From Owenia fusiformis (taxonomy: Eukaryota), in the NCBI GenBank assembly GCA_903813345.2, contig CAIIXF020000001.1:13206001-13270000 (forward strand): a DNA stretch of 64,000 bases. Direction: 5' to 3'. Shown here in pieces: positions 1 to 14,878 of this stretch (position 1 is the first letter of the stretch; each line of letters begins with the position of its first letter). A program made the translations under genes and the position numbers. The notes beneath the pieces were generated by a model. The model was not told the DNA's origin and did not search any database. It was given only the letters and a program-made list of their open reading frames with translations.

Positions 1-487
1 TCAATATGGCCGCTCAATTCAAAATGGCTGCCATTTTTCGTAAAAAATGTGATCGTTGATAACTCAAATACAAGTTGACGGATTTGGTTCAAATTTTATA
101 TGCTGAGGCCGAGGGACAAAGGAGTTCGCACAAAAAGAGATTTTCAAGATGGCCACTTAATTTCAAAATGGCGGCCATTTTTCGTAAAAATATGTAATCT
201 TTGATAACTCAAATACCAGTGAACGGATTTGGTTCAAATTTTATATGATGATGCTTAGGGACACAGTTGCTATGTTCGACAAAAGTTTTTCAAGATGGCG
301 GCTGAATTTCAAGATGGCGGCCAATTTTCGTAAAAAACGTAATCTTTGATAACTCATATACCAGTGAACGGATTTGGTTCAAATTTTATATGATGATGCC
401 TAGTTCACAATGGTATAAACTAACTTTGTGCCAAATTTCATGCTTCTATCACAAAGTGCACAAACATTTCAACATTTACACTAGCTA
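1..487. mobile_element. Right end of a non-autonomous DNA transposon with ~120-bp internal repeats, truncated by the window start
   Basis: Three or more imperfect ~120-bp repeats containing TCAAGATGGCGGCC...GGATTTGGTTCAAATTTTATATG, ending ...CACTAGCTA. It lies in a POMGNT1 intron. Superfamily not determinable. Confidence 0.5.
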
Positions 488-706
488 TAATAAGCATAAT
501 ATGTTTTGTTTGGTGGGATTTGCTACTCCGTGGAGTTGCTGTTTTTTCTAGTTGAAATTGAAAAGATATTGGAATAATTAAGTTGGATGATATATGCAAC
601 AAATTATAGAGTTTTTGTCAGTTTTACATTAGTTTTTGCCCTAGCAAGAGTTCAGTATTGAGTCCATGAATCAAATACAGCCAAACTATATGTAATCTTA
701 TTTTAG

Positions 707-3700
707 AATGTTGCGAAGCTTGCTATCTGCCCATGGTGTGAATCCAAGCATGATTACTGTCTACATAGATGGATACTTTGAGGTGTGTAATCTTTTAAAA
801 CATTTTGCAGCATCAATCAGAAATTTTTATCTCCCCACCACATAGTGTGAGGCTATATTGTGTATCAAATGTATTCATATAAAACTAGTGGGAATTGGAA
901 GGAGGAGGCAGTATATTTATATGCTTCCTGGTCATCTCAACCCCAAGTCAACTCAACCCAGTCCAACTCAACCCCAAGTCAACTCAACCCCAAGTCAAGT
1001 CAACCCCAGTAAAACTCAAACCTAAGTCAAATCAACCCTGTAAAACTCAACCCCAGTAAAACTCAACCCCTATATTTCTATAATTGATAAACTTATAAGA
1101 AAGTTTATTTCATAAAAATAATTTTGATTATTCAGTTTGTGATTTTCATTCTTAGACCACTGACTTTTTAGATTAAAGTTAATAATGAGTGTATCTCCAA
1201 AATCTCAACATGGTACTAATAGGATTAAAATATGGGTCACTTTCCAGGGGCATAGCCAGCTTTCAGTCAGGAGGGATGCGATCGCCTAAAAAAATCAGGT
1301 TTTCAGTCAGGGGTGCCGATCGTGGCATTTTCTAGCCAAAAAAGATATGTTTTGACAAAAAATGATGCACCTTCCTGACTACGCCTATATGCTTTCAGTC
1401 TATTAATTAGTAAATGTTAATGATTTTGTTAATGCATGTTCATATAAATAAAAAGTTATATTACATTGTTAATTATTTCTAAATTATCATATAAATAAAA
1501 AAAAGTTATATTACATTGTTAATTATTTCTAAATTATCTAAAATTTGATTTCAAAAGATGTCTTAAATTAAATAATAGTGACAACTTGATGAATTATCCT
1601 TGAGCTTAACCGTTTTTTTGGAATACTTTTACAACTTTCTAAGTATCATGCAAAATGCTAGATTTTCAGAAATGAATGACTTAAATTATTCATCATAAAA
1701 TAATTAAATTAGACATTGCACAAATGAATAGGGTTGAGTTTTACTGGGGTTGAGTTTTACAGGGTTGAGTTGACTTAGGGTTGAGTTTTACTGGGGTTGA
1801 CTTGACTTGGGTTTGAGTTGACTTGGGGTTGAGTTGGACTGGGTTGAGATGACTTGGGGTTGAGATGACCCATACTTCTCTAAAACTGCCTCATAATTAA
1901 AATGTTCTTGCCTGTTTTTTCAAGTTCAGGTTATTTAGAGTTCAACTGAGCATTGTAATGCTGTGTATAAAATGTGACCTTTAAATTTATTTTGTATTGT
2001 TTGTTTTAGATTCCACTCGAAGTTGCTAAATTGTTTGGTATAAGGGGCATACAACACACACCCATAGGCATCAAGAATGCCAGGATATCTCAGCATTATA
2101 AAGCAAGTCTTACTGCAACATTTAATTTATACCCAGTAAGTTATTTCACAATTCTCAAACAAAGTTTTTAGAAACAGTCAAATGGTATCAAAAACACTAC
2201 TAAAAGGGATGATTGACCCAGAGGATCACTCTACAAATCATCACTTAGAAAAATATTCATTAATCAAATTGTGATCTGCAAAATATTCAAAATATACTGT
2301 ACAAAATCTTTTGCAATGTGTAAAAAGAATTTGAGCACATGATTCAATGAATTATTGATGATTTAATCCACTCATATATCTTGTCTCATAGACTTTGAAT
2401 TTGTGCTGCTGCACTCATTCAAATTCTGGAAACAAGACATACTTTGTTTCAGTAATCAACAATTCATCGAGTCCTTGGCTTAAATCCTTTAATGAAATTG
2501 ATTTTACATATGCATTTTATTCAACTTACCCATTATTTACAGGATGCCAAATATGCAATTATATTAGAAGAGGACTTAGATGTTTCTCCAGATATATTCA
2601 GGTAGGTTGATTGTTCACTGTAGATTAAAAACCTATCTGTTCAAGTCTGTGGCTCCCTTTCAGGGTCAAAGGAAAACAATAAGCATATTAGAACATTCTG
2701 TGCTGAAAGCTGATACTAGTGGGCATTCCTGAGTAGGAGTTGTTATCTCGTTTTACTTATATAATACAAGGATAATTGACATTCAGACCATCTCATACAC
2801 TTTTTTATTATAATAATTATAGGTGTAACATATAATTCACGTTAAACAATTTTAATAAACATTAAATAAAACTGTACATTGAATTAATTAAAAAGATTCA
2901 CTTGTTTGTTTCAGTTATTTTAGTCAGACCCTCCCCTTGTTAGCTGAGGATGAGTCATTGTATTGCATCTCAGCTTGGAATGACCAGGTAAATAGGATAT
3001 GTGATGTGTGTTTTTCTCCAGATCTATTGCATTTATATTGCAAGATCAAAGGACTGGAATTTATGTTATCCAAAGAATCAGTTGAGTAAGTTAAATCCAA
3101 AAAGTAGTAAATGATACATTTAATTCTGGGATAAATGTTTTTTCGCCAATTCCTAGGATTGGACAAATTCACCAAAAATGTCCCTTTACAATGTTTGGAG
3201 ATAATTTTGACTGTCAAACTTTGGATTTATTGTTCAATAACTGTATACAGTTAACATAGACTGAACACTCCCACACTCTAATTAAAATGCAGACACAATC
3301 CCTTTATAGATTTATTAACAACACTATTGTATGCCATGTTTATGAAACTGTAAATTCTATATTGGGATAAACACCTACAAGTCTAATGCCACAGGTGATT
3401 GGGTCCCTCCTGTATGATCTTTACTTAATCAATTAATTGCAATAAAATATGTTGATAAAAAATAGCCAATGCCTGAGAACATGTTTACCCCAGATTGGTC
3501 ATATTTAATTACTAATTGCCATGTGTTGGAGTCACTCCTCAGTTTATTAAATGAACAGTATCATTTACACTTGTTATAACATATCTCTGAAACTTGCAAT
3601 CATCAATAGATTGTATCTAATCTGATGTGCAACAGTAGTATATTATTAAGTTGTAATTATATACCCATATTTGGATGGATACTTATGAAAGTCATGAAAC

Positions 3701-6700
3701 TCACGAAATAAATGTTATTTTTAGCTCCACGTTTGTATTAGAATGTTTTATTTTGGTCTATTACGCTCATTTAATGTAGAAGTTCGGTGTCTATTGTGCA
3801 GTCAATTTGCTCATCCCTAATACCAAAAACGAAAACTGAATAAAACATCGATATTTGTTAATTTGAAAAATGTCCCCTGGACGTTCAAATGCCGCATGGC
3901 GCAATCGATTCATGCGCCAGGATTTTAAAGTTTTTACACCCCGAGATTTTTGATTCATTTTTGATTCCACTGATTCATAATATTCAAAGTTTTTTTCTTA
4001 AGATCTGGACGGTGAATTTTCAAATATATAATTTTGAACACTTTTGTATTCTCATAGAAAATTTAAAAAAAAATTCCCATTGAGAGGAATGTTAAATTGA
4101 AAATTTTTTTTAGAAAGAACTATAAGGTCAATCTTTGTAATTTTCACATATTTTGTTAAACATTAGTAGATCTGTCACCTTGATATAAGAACTTTTTTAA
4201 ATCTCTAAATATAACATAGACCCTAGCATTACAGTATTGCTTTAAATGTTTTGTTTGTTTCTAGGGATATGAGCACTCCTGCAAAGATGCATCTCAGTTA
4301 TATAGAGTGGAAACTATGCCTGGCCTAGGATGGGTGCTCAAAAGAAGTCTCTACAAAGATGAGCTAGAACCAAACTGGCCAACTGCTGAAAAAGTAGGAG
4401 TATATTTTGTAAAATCTGTTACTTCTCGAGATAATGTCGAAGCGCTTCGAGTTTAAGTAATCAGTGTTTACTTGTTACGTATAGTCTAACATTAAAATAG
4501 CAGCCTCTGTTCACATCTTTAGCGAAATCAACTTGAATAACAACATTGATAAAAAAAACGATTTGTTTTTCCCATCTGCTTAATTAATTGTGGATTATTT
4601 TAATTTGACAATTTTCTGTTGTAGCTTTGGGATTGGGACATGTGGATGAGATTGAACGAAAACCGCAAAGATCGGGAGTGCATCATTCCTGATATTTCTC
4701 GTACATTTCACTTTGGTGCCACAGGAGTCAATATGAACTCTTACTTCCAAGATCTTTATTTTAAGAAACATTCAATCAACACATTACCTCATGTTCGATT
4801 AAAAAATGTGGAGAGTTTGAAGAAGGATAATTATGAAGAATTAGTCAATACAGCTATAGCTGGGGCCACCTTACTGGACCATAGTAAATCTCCTTGTGAA
4901 GAAAGCTTCATACCTGACACTTCAGTAAGTTATGATAAACTTATATGATTTTACTAGATTTTAATAATGCATTAATGATTCAGATACACATATTTGAATA
5001 GCCCATATTCAAATGACAAATTTACCCATATTTATGTATCAGGTTTGCCCATATTTTACTCAATTTAAATGGCAGATGCTGAGCCTCTCTCAGCAATAGC
5101 AATTATTTTCTGCACTCTGTAGGGCATGTGAATCCAGGCCAAGCACATACATTGTACTTTGGAAAAGTCTCAATGTATTATCTACATCTGGTAAAGAGCC
5201 ACATTGATCGGCATACTATTCATTAAAACACTTCTGGACTAGTTTGTAAATTGGCAATTTCATTTTGATATGATTGGACATCAGACCAAAAGTTAATTTT
5301 TGTTCATACATGTATAAAGCCACATTGTCAAGAGAGTGACGTCATAAATGTCTTGTGATGTTTATTAGCGCAAACTACAACACCTGCAACATGGTTTTGT
5401 TTTTCACCAAGTCTTCTAATTTAGTCTTTTAATTTTTCATCTGTGGGAGGTTAGTCATTATCTTAGCTTTAGATAACAGCTGCTTTCTTATGTACAGAAT
5501 GGAAAAGTAGTTAGTTACATGTTGAGGCTTTTTTCAAAATATTAGCAGAACTATGAATTGACGATGCACCTGGAAAACTAATTCAATTTTTAAGAATTAT
5601 ATATAATGCCTGCCATTTGAATTAATCTGATTGTCTAAGCACTTTATCATTAGCCTATCAAACTAAGTTTGGAGATATACAGTGGAGAAAAATGACCACC
5701 ATTTTTATGTGTGTAATTTTGCACCTGGAAAAGTAGTGAAGCAAATTTGTTGAAACTAGCTAAGGCTTGGCATTGTTATCTAGTCTAACATAGCCCTAAT
5801 AAACAACTGGGTTGTTTTGAAATGTCACTCTGATTTTTAAGTTGTCTACATTTGCATCTTTTTATTGGTCTTATTTGCTTAACAATGCAATTCTATTCAC
5901 CATTCCCTGGCAGTTTAATTATCTGTCAAATGTTATATCATGCATGCACAATACTTCTGGAATCATGAAGAATTGAAGATAGTCCTAATATAAAATGTTC
6001 AACTTTTTTAACCCACCCTGTAAATATGTTTTTCATGTTATTCCAGGATGTCACATATGTTATGTATATAAAAATGAATTCAATGAATGATGATAATTGG
6101 AAGCAACTTGCCAAGGTACGTAAGATACATGTGTGTTGTGTTATAGTCCCAGTGCACTTACAATAGATACAAATACAATAGATATATAGTTGAACCTCCC
6201 ACCCACCAGTCTATCAAACCATTTATCTATTTTCTGTGCAAAAATGTGGGCTGATTTTCCCCAAATGAAGTGGCAAGATGTATTCTGGTTTTGTGCAACA
6301 GTTATTCAAAGTGGTCACCATTTCAAAGGTTGGAATAGTTCAAGCGATATAGAGAATGTTTCCATCACTTAATTCATGCTTCTGTACATCTGTTTGTCTG
6401 GGCAAGGGCTATCAAGAGAGCCCATTGAAACCCTATAAGATTTGGTGATAACTCAAATGCCGGTAGTCCTATTTTGTTCCTGTATGTCAGTGTTTCTCCT
6501 GTACACATTTATCAATATTAATTTGATAAAAATGCCAATTTTTGATTGAAATCTTGTTTTACTAAAATCAGAATGTTTCAGGATTGTAATCTGGGCATTA
6601 TGTTCTCTAGAGTCTGTGATTTTCAGCAGATCAGATTCTTAATACAGCTTTTATTCATCATTTTTACGTATTTTTGCAGTGCTTCAAGCTATGGGACCTT

Positions 6701-7497
6701 GATGTTAGAGGATTCCATAAGGGCATGTGGCGGCTGTATATGAAAGGGAACCCTCTGTATATTGTCTCAGTGCCTATCTCACCATATGCGTAAGTTTGTA
6801 TATTCATATGCAATTGTTATGTTTCAACTGCGTAGATATAGAATAGTATTGTAAGAATACCATACATCCACTTAATAGAGTGATAATTCCTGTACTCAGA
6901 GAATCCAGGAGACACATTATTAGACCTATGTTATTATCCACTTACAGTTTAATTATTATGTCACCATCACAAGTGTTGACATATTGTTATAGTCCCCAAC
7001 TTTGTGATTGTGGTCAGTGGTTAGTGTTTTGAGTTGGTGTTAGGCATCTGTAACAAATGGCAGGTTGTGACATTTTGCATGTTAATGTCTATCATTAGAA
7101 TCTAAAATATGTAACATATTTATGATATTTTAGGCATAAATGTAAAAGTTATGCCAGTGTTAGATTTGCTATTAACGAAGGGAAATATGCGTGTATTCAT
7201 ATATTGTGTGAAGATAATGTTGCAGCACCATGGTGAAACATATGCCCTACCGCATTTTATACAGAATAAGAAGATCGCTGATTTTGAATTTGTTCATGTT
7301 TAAAGGAACTTCTAGTTTGATTTATTTTGTACTTGATCTCACTATGCATTATACAATGTAATTCTTTATTCACTCTACTCATCCTACCTAATGCTACAAG
7401 AATTTCTGTTTTCAGAAAGTACAAACCTGCTGATGTTACTCCTTTATATCTCCCTGCTCCAACAAAACCTCAAGACTCCAAAGGCAACAAGAGGTAG
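707..7497 (+). CDS. POMGNT1: Protein O-linked-mannose beta-1,2-N-acetylglucosaminyltransferase 1, 3' part (5' exons lie upstream of the window)
   Basis: Exons 707-782, 2010-2135, 2543-2601, 2915-2987, 4265-4393, 4625-4924, 6047-6115, 6680-6789, 7416-7497(TAG), all GT-AG with consistent phases. Translation [80 protein letters not shown].../[14 protein letters not shown]...[12 protein letters not shown].../LWDWDMWMR...[15 protein letters not shown]... is colinear with the POMGNT1 GT13 catalytic domain. Confidence 0.96.
930..1870. mobile_element. Foldback/MITE-like element whose TIRs are built of 15-bp tandem subunits
   Basis: 930-1074 (GGTCATCTCAACCCCAAGTCAACTCAACCC...) is the reverse complement of 1729-1870 (...GGGTTGAGATGACC), around an AT-rich spacer. 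No clear TSD. Confidence 0.8.
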
Positions 7498-10400
7498 CAA
7501 AATTCAAATGAGCTGATATGGCCTTATTCAAAAAAGTAGCTGAACCTGTATTTTATAGACACCCAGTAGATAAACAAAAGGAAGCACAATATGGAGTAGA
7601 CTTAATTGACACCCTGTAGATAAAAAAATAGACTTGTAGGAGACACCCTGTAAGTCAGCAAAATATAGCAGAATTAAGAAGAGACTCTATGAAGAGCTGT
7701 AGATCTGAACCATTGTATTTGTACCATATTTGAAAATAGGGCTACTTTGCTGAGAGGAAAACAGTAGCTTACTGGTGTACTCAAGAATTACAATGTTAAC
7801 TGGCATATTTCGATTAACCTTAATCTTCAAATTACAGAACATTGACACAAGGAAAGTAATTGAAGTTTTGCATGGGAAATGAAACGAAATCCTGAGGTTT
7901 CAACATTGCATATGTATTTTGATATATAGATGATGCTTGATTGAAATTGAGAGGACAAAACAACGAGGACAAACCAGATTGGTGTCTTGTTTTTGTTTTA
8001 TTTTTTCATACTTCTAAAACACTCGACTAGCTCAGTGCTCAATTTTTCTTGATCATTGTTGAAATTATACTTTGATTGTTTACACTTACAGGCTGAATGC
8101 TTGAGATATGAATGAAATGGTCAAATTGCCTGAAATCAAAATGAAACAAGAGATTATTAAGGTGAATTGATTGAAATGTTTGAAATGGCGGAACAGGCGC
8201 AAACAGGGAACTGTGAGCTTATTTTCTACAATGAAATGCTTAAATAAGCTTTTCTCGTCAACTGTTTCAAAAGTAGATCCCATATGTTTTTTTCTGCAAA
8301 ATATTGAAATTGGCCATTCTGTGAATATGTTTGAGAGATGGTTGAAACTATCAGAATACATGTAGTTGAAATAATACAAGCATTTAAATATTTCTTAGTT
8401 TATACATTGTCTTGTTTCAATAGTAAATAAAGCATATGGTCACCAAAATGTACCACCAGAATTTATATTTCTAATTATACTCTTTTATAGATGACTTACT
8501 AAATGTAATAAAATGGTTTATAATATTTTCATTATGAATAACGAACTGAATAGGGGCTATGGTAGCCATTGGATGATTCTTCATTCACTCATTCACATGT
8601 AGATTGGATTTTGAGAAATCCTGAATATTTTTTAAAATAGAAAATGTTAGTTGAAAATGATAATGCCAGATTTATCACAGTATTAGATTTGTGAGCTTGA
8701 TCAGTCTCATTGGTCAGTATCAGGTAGAAGGTAACGACTGTTGCCTTCTCTTTCAAAATGGTGGATGGTAAATGTTGACATCGATATTTCAGTTTTTTAG
8801 TAAATTGTACCACTTTGTCATGGACATTCGGAATTGAAATTTCCCGTTTGACATAGAAACTCCACAATCTGATAAATATGTTCTATATCATATGTGGATG
8901 CCACAATCCAATGATGTATGTTTTACTGCTTTGTTATTGTTGGATCGCTGTGTCTACATGTGATGTGGGTTCCATTTAGCATATTGTGGAATTTATAGTA
9001 AGATGTGGTTGAAATACGAGAGCCAAATGTCCATAGTCAAATTCATTGAATGAAAACTGGAAATATTGAAATTTACATTTACTGTCCAATATTTTAAAAG
9101 AGATGGTAGTGGCTCTTCTGATACTGACCAGTGAATCTTTTAGACTATTTATTTTGTACACAATTTAGTTTTATTGCAACTATTTATTATATCAAATGCA
9201 CTTTAATTGACTAAAAATATCATTACTGGTACTGGTGCTGATCAGGTCAGAAGCAAATTGATCACTGTACAAGTAATTAAGAATTCTTTTGTAAGGAAGG
9301 GACACAGTGTCAATTGAAGACTTTGATATTGGTTGTTAATTATCACTGAACATCATTATTACATCATGACATCTACATTGATGTAACACAGGAGATTTAC
9401 AGCAGCTGCATTAGCATTGAGTAAAATTATGTAAAAGGGTTCATACTATGAAACATGTATTAGCAGTTTAATGGTATATTGCAATCATGGCAGTAGTATG
9501 TCATATTCAGATACTCAAATCCCAATATCTGCTTTGGACAGTTGGTTTGGACATTTGAGATGTGCATAGAGCCTACCTTTTGATTGACCTGTTACCATAG
9601 CACCGATAATTAACTTATGTAAATGAGATGTAAACAATTTTGTTAATAAGAAAAGAACAGATCTATCAACAGTCACAATAAATTAAACTTTTATAGAATA
9701 TGTATTTTATTATTTTGTTTCCAACGATATACACTACAGGGTGATCCAAAACAGGCTGGTTTATCTTAGATAATTATATAGATTTTAATTTTGTTACCAT
9801 GTAAAACCAACGTTTTATGTGTTCTACTGTAGAGGTTCTACTGTGTTTCAAATTGCATCATTGATGTGGTCTAGTGACAATTTGCATATTCGAAAGCACA
9901 ATTGAAAGTAAAATACAGTAACATATGTAGAGTAGAACATCATTCTCTGATTGGAAAATGCCTATACCATAAGTGGAGCACATTTCCAAGTCATGTACCC
10001 ATTATCTTAACTGAACTCTGTAAGTGGAACACTGCCTAATAGGAACTCTATCCTGTGGTGCCAAAGCTGTTCCACCTTAACAGGTTTTACTGCAACTTCA
10101 TTTAAGGATTTCAGTCCTGGATTTCGTGCATTATGTTGTGAATCATTCCATCGAAGGTGTTGTTTCCATATCTTGAGGTTAAGGAAACAATGCCTGAGTG
10201 GAATGAAGCCACAATGCATTAAGTCTCGGGCTTAAATTCTTTTCCCATATTGCAAAATATTTTCTACGAAATCATCTAAAAGATGCAAAATTACTAAAAT
10301 ATTATATTTTCAATTAAACCTTTTGCAAGGGTCAAGTTGGCAAAGTATCAATTTCAATCTGAAGAGTCAAGCTGTCTGTTTAACAAGCGACTTTGGATGC

Positions 10401-10731
10401 AGTGATTGGTGATAAAATGTACTGCAGTTAAACTGTGTTCGGATTGGCTGGAATCGAACACACCTTGCCCAGCTATGTATGAATTGGTGTTTTAAAACTC
10501 GTCCCATATTCTCTACTATGCATATTCATTCCAAATTTTTTGAGTCCATCCCTATCACCTATAAACACTTGTTACAATTACATTGAATTGAAATTCCAAT
10601 CAAAAAATAGGAAATAGTAATTATAATGTGTAAAGTCTTTTTGATTAAAATAATTTCCTTTTATAATAATGACATTGGAACCACCATTTTCTCAAATTGA
10701 ATACTAACTATATGTATCGTGTTTTGATTTG

Positions 10732-11303
10732 TTATGTCACCACCAAAAGGTGGTGACATATTGTCATGGTCTCATATTGTCATGGTCTCAGTTTTTGTGG
10801 CGGCGATTGGCGTTTGGCGATCGGCAGCTGGTGGTTGGTGTCTGTAACAAATTCTTAAAACTTTTAATAACTTAACAAATACTGTTTAGACTGACTTCAA
10901 TTTTCTTCAAAATCGTCTACAAGTTTTCCGAAGTTCAAATCTGACTTTATATTTAAAATATGACCTTCAATGACCCTTCCAAGGTCAAAAAAGGTTAACA
11001 AAGGTTAACAAAAAGGTATTTTTTCAACTTGCTTCAAATTGACCATTTTTTCAAAATCATCTACAAGTTCTCAAAAGTTAAAATCTGATTATAGATTTGA
11101 CTTTCAGTGATATTCCGTGGGTCAAAAAAGATTTGATTTTCAATGACCTTCTTAAGGTCAAAAAGGTCTTTTTTCAATTTGCTTCAAATTGACCCTTTTT
11201 TCAAAATCATCTAGGTTCTCAGAAATTCAAAACTGACTTTTGATTGAACTAATAATATTGTGAGCAACTAGGTGGTGATAATTTGTCATGTTAATGCCTT
11301 GTT
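10732..11303 (+). mobile_element. Helentron-associated non-autonomous element (HINE-like)
   Basis: 5' hairpin TTATGTCACCACC-AAAA-GGTGGTGACATA, then a GC-rich simple stretch, internal TGACCTT/AAGGTCA repeats and a 3' subterminal copy GGTGGTGATA...CTTGTT. Confidence 0.6.
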
Positions 11304-12672
11304 TCCGAGTTCTGAAGAGATTTATTGGATTTGTTTTGGAATGGATTGTACTAAATTATAAAATGTCTTGATATCAGAACTAGAATCCACACCTGATGTT
11401 ATCCAATTTGAACTTGCTGCCCTCTCCTATACTCTATACTTTTAATCATTCGAAATCTATTTTGAATACTGACGACGTTCTTGTTCCTTTGACAATAATT
11501 ATGGAAACAGGAATATAAAAGTTCACGTGTTATTAAGTCGCGCATCGGGTTCCTAATCACACCCCCCTATATCACTGTCCATTGTACTCGTGTATAGCAT
11601 ACACGTGATAAAACTACGATAAAATACATTGTTTGCATTTCTACTATGTTGTAAACCTTTGCTCATATTTTTTGAATATTGTCAATTTACCATTGATTCT
11701 AAAGATTTCAATATATTCTGAAATTTTATTGAATGGTGTATTTTCAAAAAGGCATTCACAGACTTATCAGGAACCATAATGTCAACAATTTTGCAATTAC
11801 AACACCCTGGTCTCCATTCTAGGTTTGTAAATGTTTCAAAAGTAAAATATCATATTCTTCAGACCAAGTAACATTTCCTAGAATAAACTTCTCAGGATAC
11901 TAGATTAGTACTTTATAAACGGTCTTGATTTTTGGATTCTTCCAGACGAATAAAAATATGGTAAAGTTACAATTGAAAACTGTACTTATTTTGGCTGATA
12001 TGAGCATTTGATTTTGGCTGATGAGCAACAGTACTGTGTATAAACTTTTATAACTCAATGTCCGAGTTAAGTGCGAATCAAACCAATCGAATCAAAATTG
12101 AACAAAATCCTCTGGATATAAACATCATACGATTTTCTCTTTTAGTTTCTAATTCTGTTTGCCAAGGTCATCTTGTAACATAGTCCCCATTGTTATGATT
12201 CTGACATAAATCGCTATTGGGCAATGTATTAACTTCTCCTTTTTATGGACTGTGGATTAGCCATGATTAATCTAAACTACTTATAGAAAATGTTGAGCTC
12301 TCTAACAATAGATTTGAATGGATTGGATTTATATGCAAAATCGTCAATATTGTTTAAGATGTAGAGATCAAATACAATTGTTTCCCTATATTTTTCTTTG
12401 TGATCTTTGTCGATGATATTAAATTTTACATACGGTGTTGGGGTTACACGTGACCATACGATGGCCAATCACTTGCAGTCATTTACATTTAGGGCCACTT
12501 TTCTCTCAATAAGTTTGGGAACGAAGACCACACTTAGCTAACATTTAGATAGACTTTCAGAAACAAAATGGCCTACGTGGGTCTTAGGAAACCACCACGA
12601 CCCACAGTCAGGGTTTACAATGATTCGGACTAAAACGAACGTTTACTGAACCAGAACAGTTATAGCTTTACG

Positions 12673-14878
12673 ATGTTACAATCAAACTTTCGAAACACGA
12701 AGTTTAAACTTCTGTGTATAATGATTGTAGCATTATTTGATGCTGTGATATCTGATGGACCTTACGGTTGCGAAGATTTGGATTTTGGAATTTACGAGTG
12801 TGATTTCCGTTTAGTTAGCACACCCTTTAATTCTGCCGATTTCTTTCCGCAAAAGCCACAACAGCTGACTCTGAAATATGTAAATAGGCCTTTGACTTCA
12901 GGACTTTTTGCTGCATTCGCTGATATAGACACGGATTCGTTTGTTATGGGTGGTGAACCAGCCAGATTGGATATAGTTTGCTCTTACGGTGTCTCACTCA
13001 TGATGGACCCTGGTGCGTTTACCGGGCTTAACTGGATTCAAGCTGTAAGCTTCAGCAGATGTCAACTGGTAACATTCCCCGAGTCGGCCTTTGCTGCCTT
13101 TGGGACCCTAGACAGTCTCGCATTCTATGGTGGAACACTGGGCAACGTAGACAGAGATGGCCTCAAAGGTTTAAATATTGCCGAAGACACGTCTTTATTT
13201 GATCCCAAGGGGGAGATCGTGTTTGATAGAGCCCAGTTCTCAAGCGGCAGAATCCCCTTTAGCTTCCTCTCACACGCTAAGAATGCTAGCAGTGTCATCC
13301 TCAACTCGAATGGTGTGAAGACAATTGATGCGTTGGTTTTGGACGGATTCTTCGATCTGAAGAGACTAACTCTCAGGTAGCCTATATATTATCACTTCAT
13401 TTTTGTATAATTTTGAAATCTCGTAATAAAAGTGAACATTGATTATGACTAGCTCATCTATTGGGCAGGGAATAGTGAAGCATGGGTTGTAATCAATGTC
13501 ATCACAGAACTGAAATCATTATTTCACATTTTTCATATTATATGTTCCCCCTGAACAAGATTTAACATTTCGTACACTATTCCCTCTTTTACATTCATTC
13601 CCTTTCTTTGTGAAATGCATATCTTTTTTATTCCACACCCATTAGATTACGCGATTACTTAAATTGTAAATTCCTCAATTTCAATATGAAGTTTTACTTC
13701 AGTGGCCAGCAGTTTGATTCCTTGCCCAGCGACACCTTTTACGGCCTGGATGGATTGGGTCATATCACTATGGACCGTATGCCTTGGGAATGCACATGCG
13801 AGAACGCCTGGTTCTTCACGTGGGCGTTCGTGCGGAAGGCCACATTGGAAGGTGATCTCATTTGTAATGGACCAGCCGACTATAAAGGTTTGTTTTTTGT
13901 TTATTCATTTGTTCCTTTGGCTTTATAGCATTGTTTGTTCCTTTTCAAATGGACTTCTAAAATCCCAGTAAACATGAAGTTTCCTCCAGAGTATAAATTA
14001 AGAGTATAAATTCAGTCTTGCGCGTCATTGTATCTGTATTATTTGTAATTTAGCAAAGCAAAAACAAAAAGAGGCTTTTCACACTGAGTCGCAATATTTT
14101 GATTTTATTTATGTAAATATCCTCGTAAAATGAAATATTAAATAGCTATTGATCAAAAATGAATTTTTGTCATGTGAAACGATTTCTTTTTTTTTGTATC
14201 TAGGTCAGAGGTTCAGAGTATTTAACAATGTACTTTGCCCCTCAGTAGACGAGGATTCAACAGCAACAAGTAAGTCATTTATGTGATATGGATGATATAC
14301 GTATAAACTGTAATATATACGATCCCAGACCCTTAACTCTCATTGTTCTAGTGACATACATATGTAAAATAATATTTTCCGACATCCTTCAACTGACATT
14401 TTGATTAAGCAATATATCAAGACATCAAGACAAAAGTAATATACCGAGACTAGGCCACGTATGTCCCACCTTTTCCAGAACCGCGTCCTTTCAGTCAAAT
14501 GGGGTTTCTCAATCGAATATACCCAAGATTGACTTGTTACTTGGAAAATTGAGATTGCATTATTATCAACAAGATACCAACTTAATATCCTTTTTTATTT
14601 CAGGTATAGATCTATTTGGGATTAGCATGGAGATTTATGATCTTGTGAGTTATTGTGTTACTATCATCGCATTGGTAATATCAATTATTGGACTGGCTAT
14701 TGCCTGTCACAACAAGAAACGACTATCAAGAGTCACCCCCGTGGAAACACTTACATCGGTCAAGATTGACAAGACAAACCAAAGTAAAGTAACAGGGGGA
14801 GTGAAGGGAAAATTTCAGACAGCTGTTAAGAAAATCACGAAACCAGTTGGTAAAAGTAAGGGAAATGCATGGGGATAA
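12673..14878 (+). CDS. Type I transmembrane leucine-rich-repeat protein (~409 aa)
   Basis: Exons 12673-13376, 13703-13887, 14204-14269, 14604-14878, with compatible phases and GT-AG sites. Signal peptide (KLLCIMIVALFDAVIS), LRR-like repeats (AFTGLNWIQAVSFS, AFAAFGTLDSLAFY, LDGFFDLKRLTL), LRRCT cap (PWECTC...LICNGP), TM helix (YCVTIIALVISIIGLAIAC) and a short basic tail. Confidence 0.88.

Noticed and set aside
7498-9720. Short ORFs downstream of POMGNT1
   Set aside because: No splice or homology support. The region looks like a long AT-rich 3' UTR with several AATAAA candidates.
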